Source: an uncultured delta proteobacterium (GTDB lineage: Bacteria; Desulfobacterota; Zymogenia; Zymogenales; Zymogenaceae). Taken from it: a stretch of 64,000 bases of DNA. The stretch lies in NCBI GenBank assembly GCA_963792965.1, contig CAWBYW010000007.1:512001-576000 (forward strand), in the 5' to 3' direction. The notes beneath the pieces are model-generated. The model had not been told where the DNA came from and did no database searches. It saw nothing but the letters and a program-made list of their open reading frames with translations. Every line of letters begins with the position of its first letter. Position 1 is the stretch's first letter. Made by a program: the position numbers and the translations under genes. This document shows, piece by piece, positions 1-8,961 of this stretch.

Positions 1-202
1 CCGCCGCGGCCACCGCATCGATAACCTCCCGCAAATCCCGGCCCGCCAGAATGTTTGGGAGCCCCTCGAGGTATTCCCGCACCGTCATCCCCGGCTTTGG
101 TGTCCGTGCAAGGTCCGCAACGGAGACCTTACTCTTGCGCGTTGCCAGAGAATAGGTCTTTATCTTCGAGATATCGAGGGGGATAAATCCGTCGCGCGTC
201 AT
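1..202 (-). CDS. 5' part of a conserved hypothetical protein (GSU2086-like, distant deoxyhypusine synthase-like family), truncated by the window edge
   Basis: Hand translation from ATG 202: MTRDGFIPLDISKIKTYSLATRKSKVSVADLARTPKPGMTVREYLEGLPNILAGRDLREVIDAVAAA. ATGA overlap with the gmhA stop. Not in the ORF track. Family call is from recollection. Confidence 0.7.
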   Translation of the reverse strand, partial: MTRDGFIPLDISKIKTYSLATRKSKVSVADLARTPKPGMTVREYLEGLPNILAGRDLREVIDAVAAA

Positions 203-780
203 GAGCCGGCACCCATAAAAAGCTTGTTATCCACCAGTTCACACAGCACGTGCCCGAGGGTGATGTGTATCTCCTGGATACGCGGAGTATTCCTTGACGG
301 GACCAGGAAGGCATATTCGGCCATCTCGAACGCGGGCCCGCCGTCACCTCCCGAAAAGAGGATCGTGATAACCCCGAGCTTGCCGGCCGCCTCAAGGGCC
401 TTGGTGATATTGGGGGATTTACCGCTGGTGCTGATGGCCACGGCAATATCTCCCTTGAGGCCGAGCGCCTTTATCTGTTTTGCGAAGATGTCGGAGAAGT
501 CAAAATCGTTCCCGATGCTCGTTACTATCGAGCTGTCGGTAGTCAGGGCGATCGCCGGGAGGGGCGGACGGTCGATTTTGAACCGATTGACAAACTCGGC
601 CGCGATATGCTGAGAATCGGCGGCACTCCCGCCGTTTCCAAACAAAAGGACTTTATTCCCTCGCTTGAAGGCCCCCACGATGAGATCGGCCACCTCGTTT
701 ATCTTCTTTTCGTATTTCTCGGCAAATTTCCTCTTGATGTCGGCGCTGTCTATGAACGCATCCTGAATGACCTGGTCCAT
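199..780 (-). CDS. gmhA: D-sedoheptulose 7-phosphate isomerase (SIS domain)
   Basis: Motifs GNGGSAADSQH, GNDFDFSDIF, ISTSGKS, RIQEIH. Start moved to MDQV at 780 behind AGAGGAAGAG. Confidence 0.95.
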   Translation of the reverse strand: MDQVIQDAFIDSADIKRKFAEKYEKKINEVADLIVGAFKRGNKVLLFGNGGSAADSQHIAAEFVNRFKIDRPPLPAIALTTDSSIVTSIGNDFDFSDIFAKQIKALGLKGDIAVAISTSGKSPNITKALEAAGKLGVITILFSGGDGGPAFEMAEYAFLVPSRNTPRIQEIHITLGHVLCELVDNKLFMGAGS

Positions 781-868
781 CTCTTCCTCTCTTGGGGTAA
801 GGTAAATAATATAAAACGGGAGAGTTCGTGTCAAGGGGAATAAATCCGGAGACGGCGACTACCCCGAC

Positions 869-2227
869 TCACTTATCGATCCGGTACTCATCGATCTTCT
901 TTTTGAGGGTATTACGGTTGATACCGAGGACCTTGGCGGCTTTCGACTGGTTGTTGCCGGTGTGTTCGAGCACGATCTTGATGAGGGGCGCCTCCACGCG
1001 TGCCAGGACGATGTTGTAGAGCCCCCGCACCTTATCGGGGTTCATTTTCGAGACGATCGGCTTTAGTTTTGACGTCAGGAGGTTTTCAAGAGAAATCCTT
1101 TCGAAGGGATCGGGATCGTCTCTCGTGATGAAATCGGGCAGCATATGCGGATCCACCGTTCCCTCCGAGCCCGAGACTATGGCAAAAATGACTACCCCGA
1201 TCAGCTCCCGAACGTTCTTCGGCCACTGATACTGGGTGAGCATCTTTCGTGTGGCGCGTGTCACCGTTATCGGGGGGACGTCCAGGATCGTCGAAAAGCA
1301 GTTTATATAATATCCGAAGATGGCGCCGATATCTTCGGGGCGCCGGCGCAGCGGCCCAATCTCGATGATATTGCCGAACAGTGACCTGTCGAACCGTTCT
1401 CCGATCTCAAACGAGGGGTCATAATGAAGGATGATACGACATGTTTTTCCCGCGCCCTCCTGCCCCCTTCTCAAGATCACGTCGAGCGTTGATGCCTCGC
1501 GGGCGGACAGATGCTGGGTGTTCTTGACGACCAGCGTTCCCGAAGGAGGGACCTGTCCGATGACCGAAAGAATGCCTCGCTTCCTCTGCGGATCCCTGAA
1601 GGGATCGTAAAATCGTATTGGGGAAAACGACTCCCTCGGCCGTATGTGAACGCACAGCGAGAGCTGGCTCTTTCCCGTTCCGTTCTCACCGATAAAGAGG
1701 ACGGGCCCCCTCCCGTTCTTGGCTGCGACCGCCTCTCTCCTCACCCGGTTGGCGTCGGCCGACCTGCCGATGAAGACCTTATGCGGGTTGCCCACATGCC
1801 CCACGAGCTCCGCCGTCGCCCGGTCCTTGATTTCGGATCTCCTGTTCCTGTCGGCAGCGCTAAGGACGAACAGGATCTCCCTTGCGTAGTAGGGCTCAAG
1901 GAGTACGCCCGCGACGTAATTGCCCAACAGGGGAAGGATTCTTTCTCGATCCTCGTGGGAAATACAGATGATGATCGAAAGCTCTTTTTCTCCCTTCTTG
2001 ATCGAGGGAATCAGTGAGCCGCCCCGTTTGAGCAGGTATGAAGATCCGACAAAAAGGAAATCGTAGAGGTCCGCCTTGAGGAGACGCCGAACATCGGCCG
2101 AATGCGTCGCCTTCACGGCCACGATCTTTTGCCCCCTGAGCGCCTCGGAGACGCCCCTGGACGCGTCATCCGTCAGCTGAAAGAGGATCGCCTTTTTTGC
2201 CTGTGATGTATCAGCCGCTTGCTGCAT
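869..2227 (-). CDS. Degenerate NtrC-like regulator: pseudo-receiver, eroded AAA+ domain, Fis-type HTH
   Basis: Walker A GENGTGKS, LRRRPEDI, WPKNVREL, C-terminal GNNQSKAAKVLGINRNTLKKK. No GAFTGA; Walker B reads GTLVVKNT. Confidence 0.85.
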   Translation of the reverse strand: MQQAADTSQAKKAILFQLTDDASRGVSEALRGQKIVAVKATHSADVRRLLKADLYDFLFVGSSYLLKRGGSLIPSIKKGEKELSIIICISHEDRERILPLLGNYVAGVLLEPYYAREILFVLSAADRNRRSEIKDRATAELVGHVGNPHKVFIGRSADANRVRREAVAAKNGRGPVLFIGENGTGKSQLSLCVHIRPRESFSPIRFYDPFRDPQRKRGILSVIGQVPPSGTLVVKNTQHLSAREASTLDVILRRGQEGAGKTCRIILHYDPSFEIGERFDRSLFGNIIEIGPLRRRPEDIGAIFGYYINCFSTILDVPPITVTRATRKMLTQYQWPKNVRELIGVVIFAIVSGSEGTVDPHMLPDFITRDDPDPFERISLENLLTSKLKPIVSKMNPDKVRGLYNIVLARVEAPLIKIVLEHTGNNQSKAAKVLGINRNTLKKKIDEYRIDK

Positions 2228-3173
2228 GGGTGTCCCGTATCATTTCCGTAAGGTAGTCACGGACCAGATCCATGATCTCGGTGGTCCCACTTTTCTCCAT
2301 GATCGCAACGCGGAGCGACGCTGACCGCGGCAGCGCCTTCAGGTAGTACATGCAGTGCCGTTTTAAAACGGAGGTCGCGGTCTTGGATGGGTAAAGCTCT
2401 TCGATGAGCGCCCGGTGTCGCTCGACGATCTCGAGGAGCTCATCCGGTTTCGGAAGAGCTTCGCCACCGGAAAAGATCCACGGCCTCCCCGCCGCGCCCC
2501 TCCCGATCATGACGAAGGCGGCGCTGGATTCCAGGAGCCTTCTTTGGGCATCCTGGCGGCTCATGATATCACCACTGCCTACCACCGGTATGGAGAGTCG
2601 CGCAGCGACGTCGTGCACAAGCGACCAATCGGCCGTTCCCGAAAAGAACTGGACGGCCGTACGCGGGTGAAGGATGACGGCGTCTGCCCCGGCGTCCTGG
2701 AGGCGGGAAGCGAGATCGAGACAATTAATAGAGGACGCGTCCCAACCCGCCCGTATCTTTGCCGTCACCGGGAGCGCGACCGATCGCTTCACCTCGGCGA
2801 CGATCCGGGCGCACAGGTCCGGTTCCTTCAGGAGCGCCGCACCGGCACCCTGCTTAACGACCCGCCGGACGGGACACCCCATGTTGATATCGATGAGAGC
2901 CGCCCCGCGCCGCTCGGCCCAAAGGGCTGCCCGGACAAAGGTGTCGGGGTTTCTTCCGAATAGCTGGACGCCGAGAGGCGCCTCTCCCGGAAGACAGGTC
3001 ACCAGGATGAGGCTTCCCCGCTCTTCCCTGACGATCCCCTCGACGCTTGTCATCTCCGTGAAGACCAGGGCCGCCCCGAACTCTCTCAGGAGGATGCGCA
3101 TACTGGCGTCGAAGACGCCGGCCATCGGTGCCGCAAGAAGGCGCGAATCCAGCGCGAGATTTCCGATTTTCAT
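2211..3173 (-). CDS. dusB: tRNA-dihydrouridine synthase B (NifR3 family)
   Basis: APMAG, IDINMGCPV, GAGAALL, KIRAGW, HPRT, VMIGRGA motifs. Confidence 0.93.
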   Translation of the reverse strand: MKIGNLALDSRLLAAPMAGVFDASMRILLREFGAALVFTEMTSVEGIVREERGSLILVTCLPGEAPLGVQLFGRNPDTFVRAALWAERRGAALIDINMGCPVRRVVKQGAGAALLKEPDLCARIVAEVKRSVALPVTAKIRAGWDASSINCLDLASRLQDAGADAVILHPRTAVQFFSGTADWSLVHDVAARLSIPVVGSGDIMSRQDAQRRLLESSAAFVMIGRGAAGRPWIFSGGEALPKPDELLEIVERHRALIEELYPSKTATSVLKRHCMYYLKALPRSASLRVAIMEKSGTTEIMDLVRDYLTEMIRDTHAASG

Positions 3174-4078
3174 GTGCCGATGGGAGGCCGCTCGATCTCC
3201 ATGAATATCTTGCCCTTCTTGAAGATACGGACGGTCCCGGTGGACTCGGAGATCACCATAGCGATGGCGTCGGTGAGCGACGTAATCCCGGCCGCGGCCA
3301 CGTGCCTGCTCCCCAACCCCTTGGGCATGTCGTCCTCCTCAAGCGCGGCGTTGAGGTGCCTGCCGGCGGTGACCAGCACGCCGTCACCCCGAATGATGAA
3401 GGCCCCGTCGATGGCGGAAAATTCTTTTATTGCATCTCTCAGCTGCGGATCGTGGATGCTCAACTCTTCTTCGGAATATCCCTTGAAGGGATTGATGATG
3501 AGCTGCCTCGAGAGCGCCAGCACCTGCTCTTCATCGCCGAGGACAAAAATGGTGCCGACGGACTTACCCTCTCTCCCCCGCGCGGCAAGCTCCATGGTGA
3601 GCTTCAACACCGTCTCGAAGACGTCGGGCCGCACGGAATCCGGGATATCCAGGAGATTGGCCGAGCTGAAGACTTCGAATTCCTTTCCCGTATCAATGAC
3701 GACCACCGAATCATTATTCCCGAAGGAAGTCACCCCCGTTACGCAGACGATTCGATCTCCCGGCTTGATGATCTTCGAGGAGAGGGCCAGCATGACCGCC
3801 ACCTTGATCTGTCCCATCCTCGTGAGGCTGATATCAGGCACCTTGAGTGCCTTGGGATTATCGACCGAAACCTCCCGGAAGAACTCATCCCCCCGCACCA
3901 CCGGCACCGCGTTCATCTTCCTGACCTGCTCGCCGGTCCGCTCATAGTCATCCCTACCTTGAAGGATAATGAAGATCTCCTGCGCCTTGATCTTCTCGGC
4001 GATTTCACCGGCGCTCTCGATAATGAGCCGTGAGAGTGCCTGTTCCTTTGTGACTGCTTTTTTACCGATCATACCCAT
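3170..4078 (-). CDS. Diadenylate cyclase (DAC/DisA_N domain with N-terminal PK_C-like region, DacZ type)
   Basis: DAC motifs DGAFII, GLGSRH, ISESTG and the GREGKSVG segment. ATGA overlap with dusB. Confidence 0.88.
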   Translation of the reverse strand: MGMIGKKAVTKEQALSRLIIESAGEIAEKIKAQEIFIILQGRDDYERTGEQVRKMNAVPVVRGDEFFREVSVDNPKALKVPDISLTRMGQIKVAVMLALSSKIIKPGDRIVCVTGVTSFGNNDSVVVIDTGKEFEVFSSANLLDIPDSVRPDVFETVLKLTMELAARGREGKSVGTIFVLGDEEQVLALSRQLIINPFKGYSEEELSIHDPQLRDAIKEFSAIDGAFIIRGDGVLVTAGRHLNAALEEDDMPKGLGSRHVAAAGITSLTDAIAMVISESTGTVRIFKKGKIFMEIERPPIGT

Positions 4079-4354
4079 AGCTGGCCCCTTGGCACCTCAC
4101 CCCTCGCGGCCCACACAAGACTCCTCAAGGAGGGGGTTGCCTCATCTCCTTCCTCACGACGATTCACTACCTGTCTTTCTTAAAACGTCTGCCTTACTCT
4201 CTCATCGACCAGTCACCTGCCTGGACGCCGGTAGGAGTATCACGGTATCGTGCCCATAGCCCGCCGGCAATGAAAGCGGCGCGCCCTTCTTATCTACCGC
4301 ACGCCCCGGTCAGGATATTCGATGAGGTAAGTCCCATACCGACGCATCCGGGGC

Positions 4355-5299
4355 TCACCGAGCCGGTTTTTTCGTAAGGAGGTTTTTGAGCCTGAAATAT
4401 CTCCCGAGCTTAGGGACGGCCTCCTGAACCGCGGCGCTGCCGCAGCCGACCCCCTCCTGGTAGCGATGAAAATCGTAGGTGCCCAGGCCGCTGACGTGCG
4501 GCCTGATGATAAGGTCGGGCTTCTCGGACTTCATCCGCATGCCGACGACCTGGGATTCCATGATGGTAATGGAGCCCATGATGACCTCGAAGACGTTGGG
4601 GAGCTTGGGCTCCTCTTCCTTTTGAGTAATCGTCACCGGTCGGCTCTCTCCCCGGTCGGACACGGGGGGCGTTTTGGAGATCTCGGGGCAAATGTCCACG
4701 GCGATGATAAACTCCGCTCCCAGGTCCCTGACGACCTGGACAGGCACCGGGTTTACCACACCGCCGTCCACTAACAGCTTTGTATCCACCACGACCGGCT
4801 TGAAGACCCCCGGAATCGAGATCGAGGCCCGCACGGCCCTCACCAGATCTCCGCTGCCCAGGATTACCTCCCGGCCGGAATAGAAATCGGTGGCGACGCA
4901 GGCAAACGGGATCTTCAGGTCTTCAATCCTGACGGTACCGAGGTGCTCCCTCAGGAACCCCTCGATCTTTTTCCCCTCGATTAGGCCGCTGGTTGGGAAC
5001 ATCAGGTCTGCAAGCTTGAAGGACTCCTTTCGGGTAAGCGGAGCGGCGAATTCCTTGAGCTCTTCGAGTTTTCCCGCCGCGAGAAATGCCCCGACGAGGG
5101 CCCCGACACTCGCTCCCGAGATGAAATCGATCCGTATGCCGAGAGACTGGAGGATATCGAGCACCCCGATGTGGCAGAGTCCCCGTGCGCCCCCGCTGCC
5201 GAGCGCGATACCGACCTTCAGGTTGTACTTGTCGGGCAGATACTTAAGGAACGTCCGATAGTCAAACGGGGTCCTTATCTCACTTTTAAGAAAGTTCAT
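4355..5299 (-). CDS. Patatin-like phospholipase (RssA/NTE family)
   Basis: LGSGGARGLCH, GASVG nucleophile, ASISIPG, DGG. Confidence 0.92.
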   Translation of the reverse strand: MNFLKSEIRTPFDYRTFLKYLPDKYNLKVGIALGSGGARGLCHIGVLDILQSLGIRIDFISGASVGALVGAFLAAGKLEELKEFAAPLTRKESFKLADLMFPTSGLIEGKKIEGFLREHLGTVRIEDLKIPFACVATDFYSGREVILGSGDLVRAVRASISIPGVFKPVVVDTKLLVDGGVVNPVPVQVVRDLGAEFIIAVDICPEISKTPPVSDRGESRPVTITQKEEEPKLPNVFEVIMGSITIMESQVVGMRMKSEKPDLIIRPHVSGLGTYDFHRYQEGVGCGSAAVQEAVPKLGRYFRLKNLLTKKPAR

Positions 5300-5348
5300 G
5301 ATTCGTGAAACCTTTTTCCCAGCTCTTCATCAAAAAGACCGAAGAGAA

Positions 5349-5377
5349 ATAATATAGTAATCGCGCGGTGTTGTCAA
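5349..5377 (-). promoter_or_regulatory. sigma70-type promoter for the patatin gene
   Basis: TTGACA-17 nt-TATTAT on the minus strand. Confidence 0.6.
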
Positions 5378-5412
5378 TGGAATACCTTTTTACTGGTGAT
5401 AACAAAATAGTC

Positions 5413-5441
5413 TTGATATTCCGCTTTATATCGGCTATAAT
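5413..5441 (+). promoter_or_regulatory. sigma70-type promoter of rpoH
   Basis: TTGATA(5413)-17 nt-TATAAT(5436), abutting the CIRCE. Confidence 0.75.
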
Positions 5442-5467
5442 TAGCACTCATAACGAAGGAGTGCTAA
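5441..5467. promoter_or_regulatory. CIRCE (HrcA operator) upstream of rpoH
   Basis: Perfect TTAGCACTC-ATAACGAAG-GAGTGCTAA. Confidence 0.97.
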
Positions 5468-5522
5468 TAAGTTTTCCACCTGCGAAAGAGGTGGAAATAG
5501 TGGGATGAAAGGAGAGGGTCAG

Positions 5523-6371
5523 ATGAAAACACTTCCGGAGAAAACAAGCGCTCTTGCGCTTTATATGCACAGGATAAACCGTTTCCCCCTTCTCACCAAG
5601 GAGGAGGAATATGAGCTTGCCGTTCGCCTGCGCGAACACAACGACATCGAAGCCGCTCATAAGCTGGTCGTTTCCAACCTGCGTTTTGTGGTAAAGATCG
5701 CCTATGAGTATGCCGACTACGGCCTGAAACTCATGGATCTCATACAGGAGGGGAACATCGGGTTGATGCAGGCGGTTAAGAAGTTCGATCCGTATAAGGG
5801 GTTCCGGCTCATTTCGTATGCCGTTTGGTGGATCCGGGCCTACATCCAGAATTTTATCATCAAGTCGTGGAGCCTCGTCAAGATCGGGACAACCCAGGCT
5901 CAAAAGAAGCTCTTCTACAAGATGGGACAGGCCAAGAAGGCACTCGGGATCGACGCTCCCACCGACGAAGATATAAACGCCATCGCACGAAGGCTCGATG
6001 TGAAGGACGTCGAAGTACGGGAGATGAACGAGCGGCTTTCGGGCCGCGATCTCTCGTTGAATAATACCGTGAAGGACGACGATGTAGCGACGTATATTGA
6101 TTTCATCGCCGAGGAGCCGACACAGGAGACGTTTCTCATCGACGAAGAGGAGAAGTCGCGTCTGAAGGAGGATATTACCGACGCGCTTTCCGTTCTCAAC
6201 GAGAAGGAGAGCTACATTGTCCGCCACCGAATCATGTCAGCCAAGCCGAAAACGCTGGCGGAGATCGCCGATACGTTCAAGATCTCCAGAGAACGGGTGC
6301 GCCAGATAGAAGAAGGGGCTCTCAAGAAGCTTAAGAGGGTTCCCGCGATTGAGAAGTGGGCGGAGGATTAG
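5523..6371 (+). CDS. rpoH: RNA polymerase sigma-32 factor
   Basis: SNLRFVV, DLIQEGNIGL, RLISYAVWWIRA, RpoH box VKIGTTQAQKKLFY, SRERVRQIE. Start 5523 follows AAAGGAGAG (5505 is an alternative). Confidence 0.93.
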   Translation: MKTLPEKTSALALYMHRINRFPLLTKEEEYELAVRLREHNDIEAAHKLVVSNLRFVVKIAYEYADYGLKLMDLIQEGNIGLMQAVKKFDPYKGFRLISYAVWWIRAYIQNFIIKSWSLVKIGTTQAQKKLFYKMGQAKKALGIDAPTDEDINAIARRLDVKDVEVREMNERLSGRDLSLNNTVKDDDVATYIDFIAEEPTQETFLIDEEEKSRLKEDITDALSVLNEKESYIVRHRIMSAKPKTLAEIADTFKISRERVRQIEEGALKKLKRVPAIEKWAED

Positions 6372-6420
6372 GCTAAGCCACGTTAAATATTTATATAACA
6401 TAGTACCACACCGACCGGCC

Positions 6421-6453
6421 GGCACACGGATGAAGATTCGTGTGCCTTTGTTT
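6421..6453 (+). terminator. Intrinsic terminator after rpoH
   Basis: GGCACACGGA-6 nt-TTCGTGTGCC followed by TTTGTTT. Confidence 0.65.
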
Positions 6454-6709
6454 ATCTCGAGTTTTCCCACCTCTTGCCTCCTTTTTCTTTATTCAGAGAT
6501 AAACCGTTCATTCGTGCATTTTTCGCTGCTTAATCTGCCATCGCCGTTTCAATAATTTATATTGCTTACGAAGGCCGATCTATTTTTTTCTTTACATCCA
6601 TAATGCGCTATGCTATCATTAACTTAGTAGCAAAGGTGAGTTTGTTCCTTTTTTTTTGTACGTGGTGTATACAGTATTCAAATTTAATCATTATTGAGTG
6701 GTGTAAGAG

Positions 6710-7249
6710 ATGAAAGAGAGAAGAAGAAAGTCACGGTCGAACATCAGTCCCAAGGAGGTATCCAACCGGCTCCAATTCCTTATCAAGAAGACCGGGCTGA
6801 AGCAGTATCAGTTCGCGGAAAAATGCCACATCACGGCCGCGGCCCTCTCCACGTACCTTAACAAGGACAGGATCCCCGAGTCCGCGATACTGGCCCGCAT
6901 TGCCGACTTCGCCAATACGTCTATGGAGTGGATTCTAACCGGCAAGACCATCAATGAGCAGCTGATGGAAAAGGGCGAGGAGTTCAAGGAACAGCTCCTC
7001 AAGGACATGGCCGACGAGATAGAAATCTGGAGGGAGAAGGCCCTTGAGGCCGAGAACCTGCTGAGGTCGACCCAGGAGGTTATGAGCGTCATGGAGTCGG
7101 GCGGAGACTATAGAAACGCGGACCCCACCAAGATAAATCGTGACGAGGTAACCATCTTGTCAAATTTCCGTCTTCTTTCTCCGAAGGGACAGGACAAGGT
7201 CCTTCAGTATCTCGAAGATCAGCTAAAACTCGAGAAACTGAGCAAGTAG
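6710..7249 (+). CDS. XRE-family helix-turn-helix regulator
   Basis: RLQFLIKKTGLKQYQFAEKCHITAAALSTY...SMEWILTG HTH, then a coiled coil and a FRLLSPKGQDKV tail. Confidence 0.85.
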   Translation: MKERRRKSRSNISPKEVSNRLQFLIKKTGLKQYQFAEKCHITAAALSTYLNKDRIPESAILARIADFANTSMEWILTGKTINEQLMEKGEEFKEQLLKDMADEIEIWREKALEAENLLRSTQEVMSVMESGGDYRNADPTKINRDEVTILSNFRLLSPKGQDKVLQYLEDQLKLEKLSK

Positions 7250-7266
7250 CTCTCTTGCCGTTTGAG

Positions 7267-7295
7267 AAAAAGCCCCGTGCAGCGGGGCTTTTTTT
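7267..7295 (+). terminator. Intrinsic terminator
   Basis: AAAAAGCCCCG-TGCAG-CGGGGCTTTTTTT. Confidence 0.88.
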
Positions 7296-7462
7296 GCTTC
7301 AAAACGTGCCATCTCTGCAGCGATGCACGAGTCCTCTATCGGACCGTAACCGATTCCGACGCGCAGCGAGAGAAGGGATCGACGGATGGAATTTAGTTGA
7401 CAAAATCGAGTGATCAATGCTAATTTAATCACGTTATTCTGAACAACTATGGGGTAAATATT

Positions 7463-8035
7463 ATGTCTTTTGACCGCAAGATGTGCATGGTGATCTTTTC
7501 GATATTCGTCGCCGCTTCTCTGGCGGCCTGCGCCGCACCGGATAACGTCATCAGGGATAACAGCCAGCCGGTCCCGATACTCGAATCAGACCTTTCCACT
7601 GCGGAAGGCTATTTCACTAAAGAAGACTACGCCAACGCGTCCGTCGCCTACGACAATTTCATTAAGAAACATCCGCTCAACGAGAATATTCCCTACGCCC
7701 TGTTCAGGGAAGGGCTTTCATATTTCAAGATCTCCGAAGACACCAAACGAGACCAGTCCTACACGGAAAAGGCCGCGGAAAAATTTTCTCAGCTTATCCT
7801 CATGTATCCCAACAGCAAATATGTCTCCAACGCGATGAGCTACCTGAGGCTCTGTCATGAGCGGCTGGCCCAGTATAATTTCAACGTCGGCATCTACTAC
7901 TTCGATAAAGAAGAGTACAACGCCGCCATCCTCCGCTTCCAGGACGTGATCACCAAGTATCCCGGGTTCGGATATGACGAGGACTCCAAGCGCTACATAG
8001 AAGAAAGCAAGAAGAAGCTTTCCGAAAGGAAATAA
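7463..8035 (+). CDS. bamD: Outer membrane protein assembly lipoprotein BamD
   Basis: Lipobox LAAC, TPR repeats, RDQSYT and YPNSKY segments, IYYF..EYNAAILRF. Confidence 0.85.
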   Translation: MSFDRKMCMVIFSIFVAASLAACAAPDNVIRDNSQPVPILESDLSTAEGYFTKEDYANASVAYDNFIKKHPLNENIPYALFREGLSYFKISEDTKRDQSYTEKAAEKFSQLILMYPNSKYVSNAMSYLRLCHERLAQYNFNVGIYYFDKEEYNAAILRFQDVITKYPGFGYDEDSKRYIEESKKKLSERK

Positions 8036-8088
8036 CCCCTCGGGATAATCTGTTGTTGCGATACGTCTGCTCCGTGAGGTCGGGTATC

Positions 8089-8796
8089 ATGATGGAAAAA
8101 ATGGACAACAAGGACTATTGGCTCGGTAAAGAAGCGTTCGAGCACAAAAACTTCGTAAAGGCCGAGGAGTATCTCAATAACGTGGTAAGGCTGGGGTATG
8201 ATTTTGCCGATGTCCATAATATGCTTGGGATCGTTTATCATCAGCAGGGAAAGTTCGAAAAGGCGGTCCAAGCCTTCGAGCAGGCCCTCAGGATTAATCC
8301 GAACTACACGGACGCTTCGATGAACCTTGCCGTTATTTACAACGATATGGGGAACCTCGATAAGGCAAAGAAAGTGTACCTCGACGCCAAGGCTCGTGCA
8401 CAGGTAAAGGCTTCCCCGAAGGGGCTGGACCCCTTCTCGCTCGGCAAACTCTCCAACCTCCACAAGGATATTGCTGATATCTACCACTCGTTCGGCATGT
8501 ACGATGAGGCGATCGAGGAATATACGAGGGCACTGCGACTCAACGCCGATTTCGTCGACATCCGCACAAAATTAGGCATCGCCCTGAGGGACTCGGGCAA
8601 ATACGATGACGCCGTCGTCCATCTGTCCCGGGCATCGACCGAGAGGCCGGACTATATCCCCGCCTTTCTGGCCCTTGCCCTCTGCTACTTTAAGATGGGA
8701 AAGACCAAACAGGCCCAGACCTTATGGAACAACGTGATTAAATCCGATCCTGATAACAAGATCGCCGCGTTCTACCTGAAAATGATCAACGAATGA
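8089..8796 (+). CDS. Tetratricopeptide repeat protein
   Basis: Multiple TPRs (HNMLGIVY...ALRINPNY; IRTKLGIAL). Start ATG 8089 after GAGGT. Confidence 0.85.
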   Translation: MMEKMDNKDYWLGKEAFEHKNFVKAEEYLNNVVRLGYDFADVHNMLGIVYHQQGKFEKAVQAFEQALRINPNYTDASMNLAVIYNDMGNLDKAKKVYLDAKARAQVKASPKGLDPFSLGKLSNLHKDIADIYHSFGMYDEAIEEYTRALRLNADFVDIRTKLGIALRDSGKYDDAVVHLSRASTERPDYIPAFLALALCYFKMGKTKQAQTLWNNVIKSDPDNKIAAFYLKMINE

Positions 8797-8843
8797 GCTC
8801 TTCTCCGGGCTTATGCCTTTTGCCTGCGAAACCCTAAAACAAC

Positions 8844-8877
8844 AAAAGCCGCCGGTAATCCGGTGGCTTTTTCTTTT
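8844..8877. terminator. Bidirectional terminator between the TPR gene and dnaJ
   Basis: AAAAGCCGCCGG-TAAT-CCGGTGGCTTTTTCTTTT. Confidence 0.8.
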
Positions 8878-8961
8878 CTATCTCTCGATCTACCCTTGTC
8901 TCGCCACATCCCCGGTTTTCACGGGCCGGACATTCCTGTCCCGGCCCGTACTGCGGGTCTG

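Noticed and set aside
4079-4354. Possible c-di-AMP (ydaO) riboswitch upstream of the cyclase
   Set aside because: The conserved ydaO segments were not recognisable on the minus strand.
6372-7460. Prophage or integrated element around the XRE gene
   Set aside because: No integrase, att repeats or phage genes; flanked by housekeeping genes.
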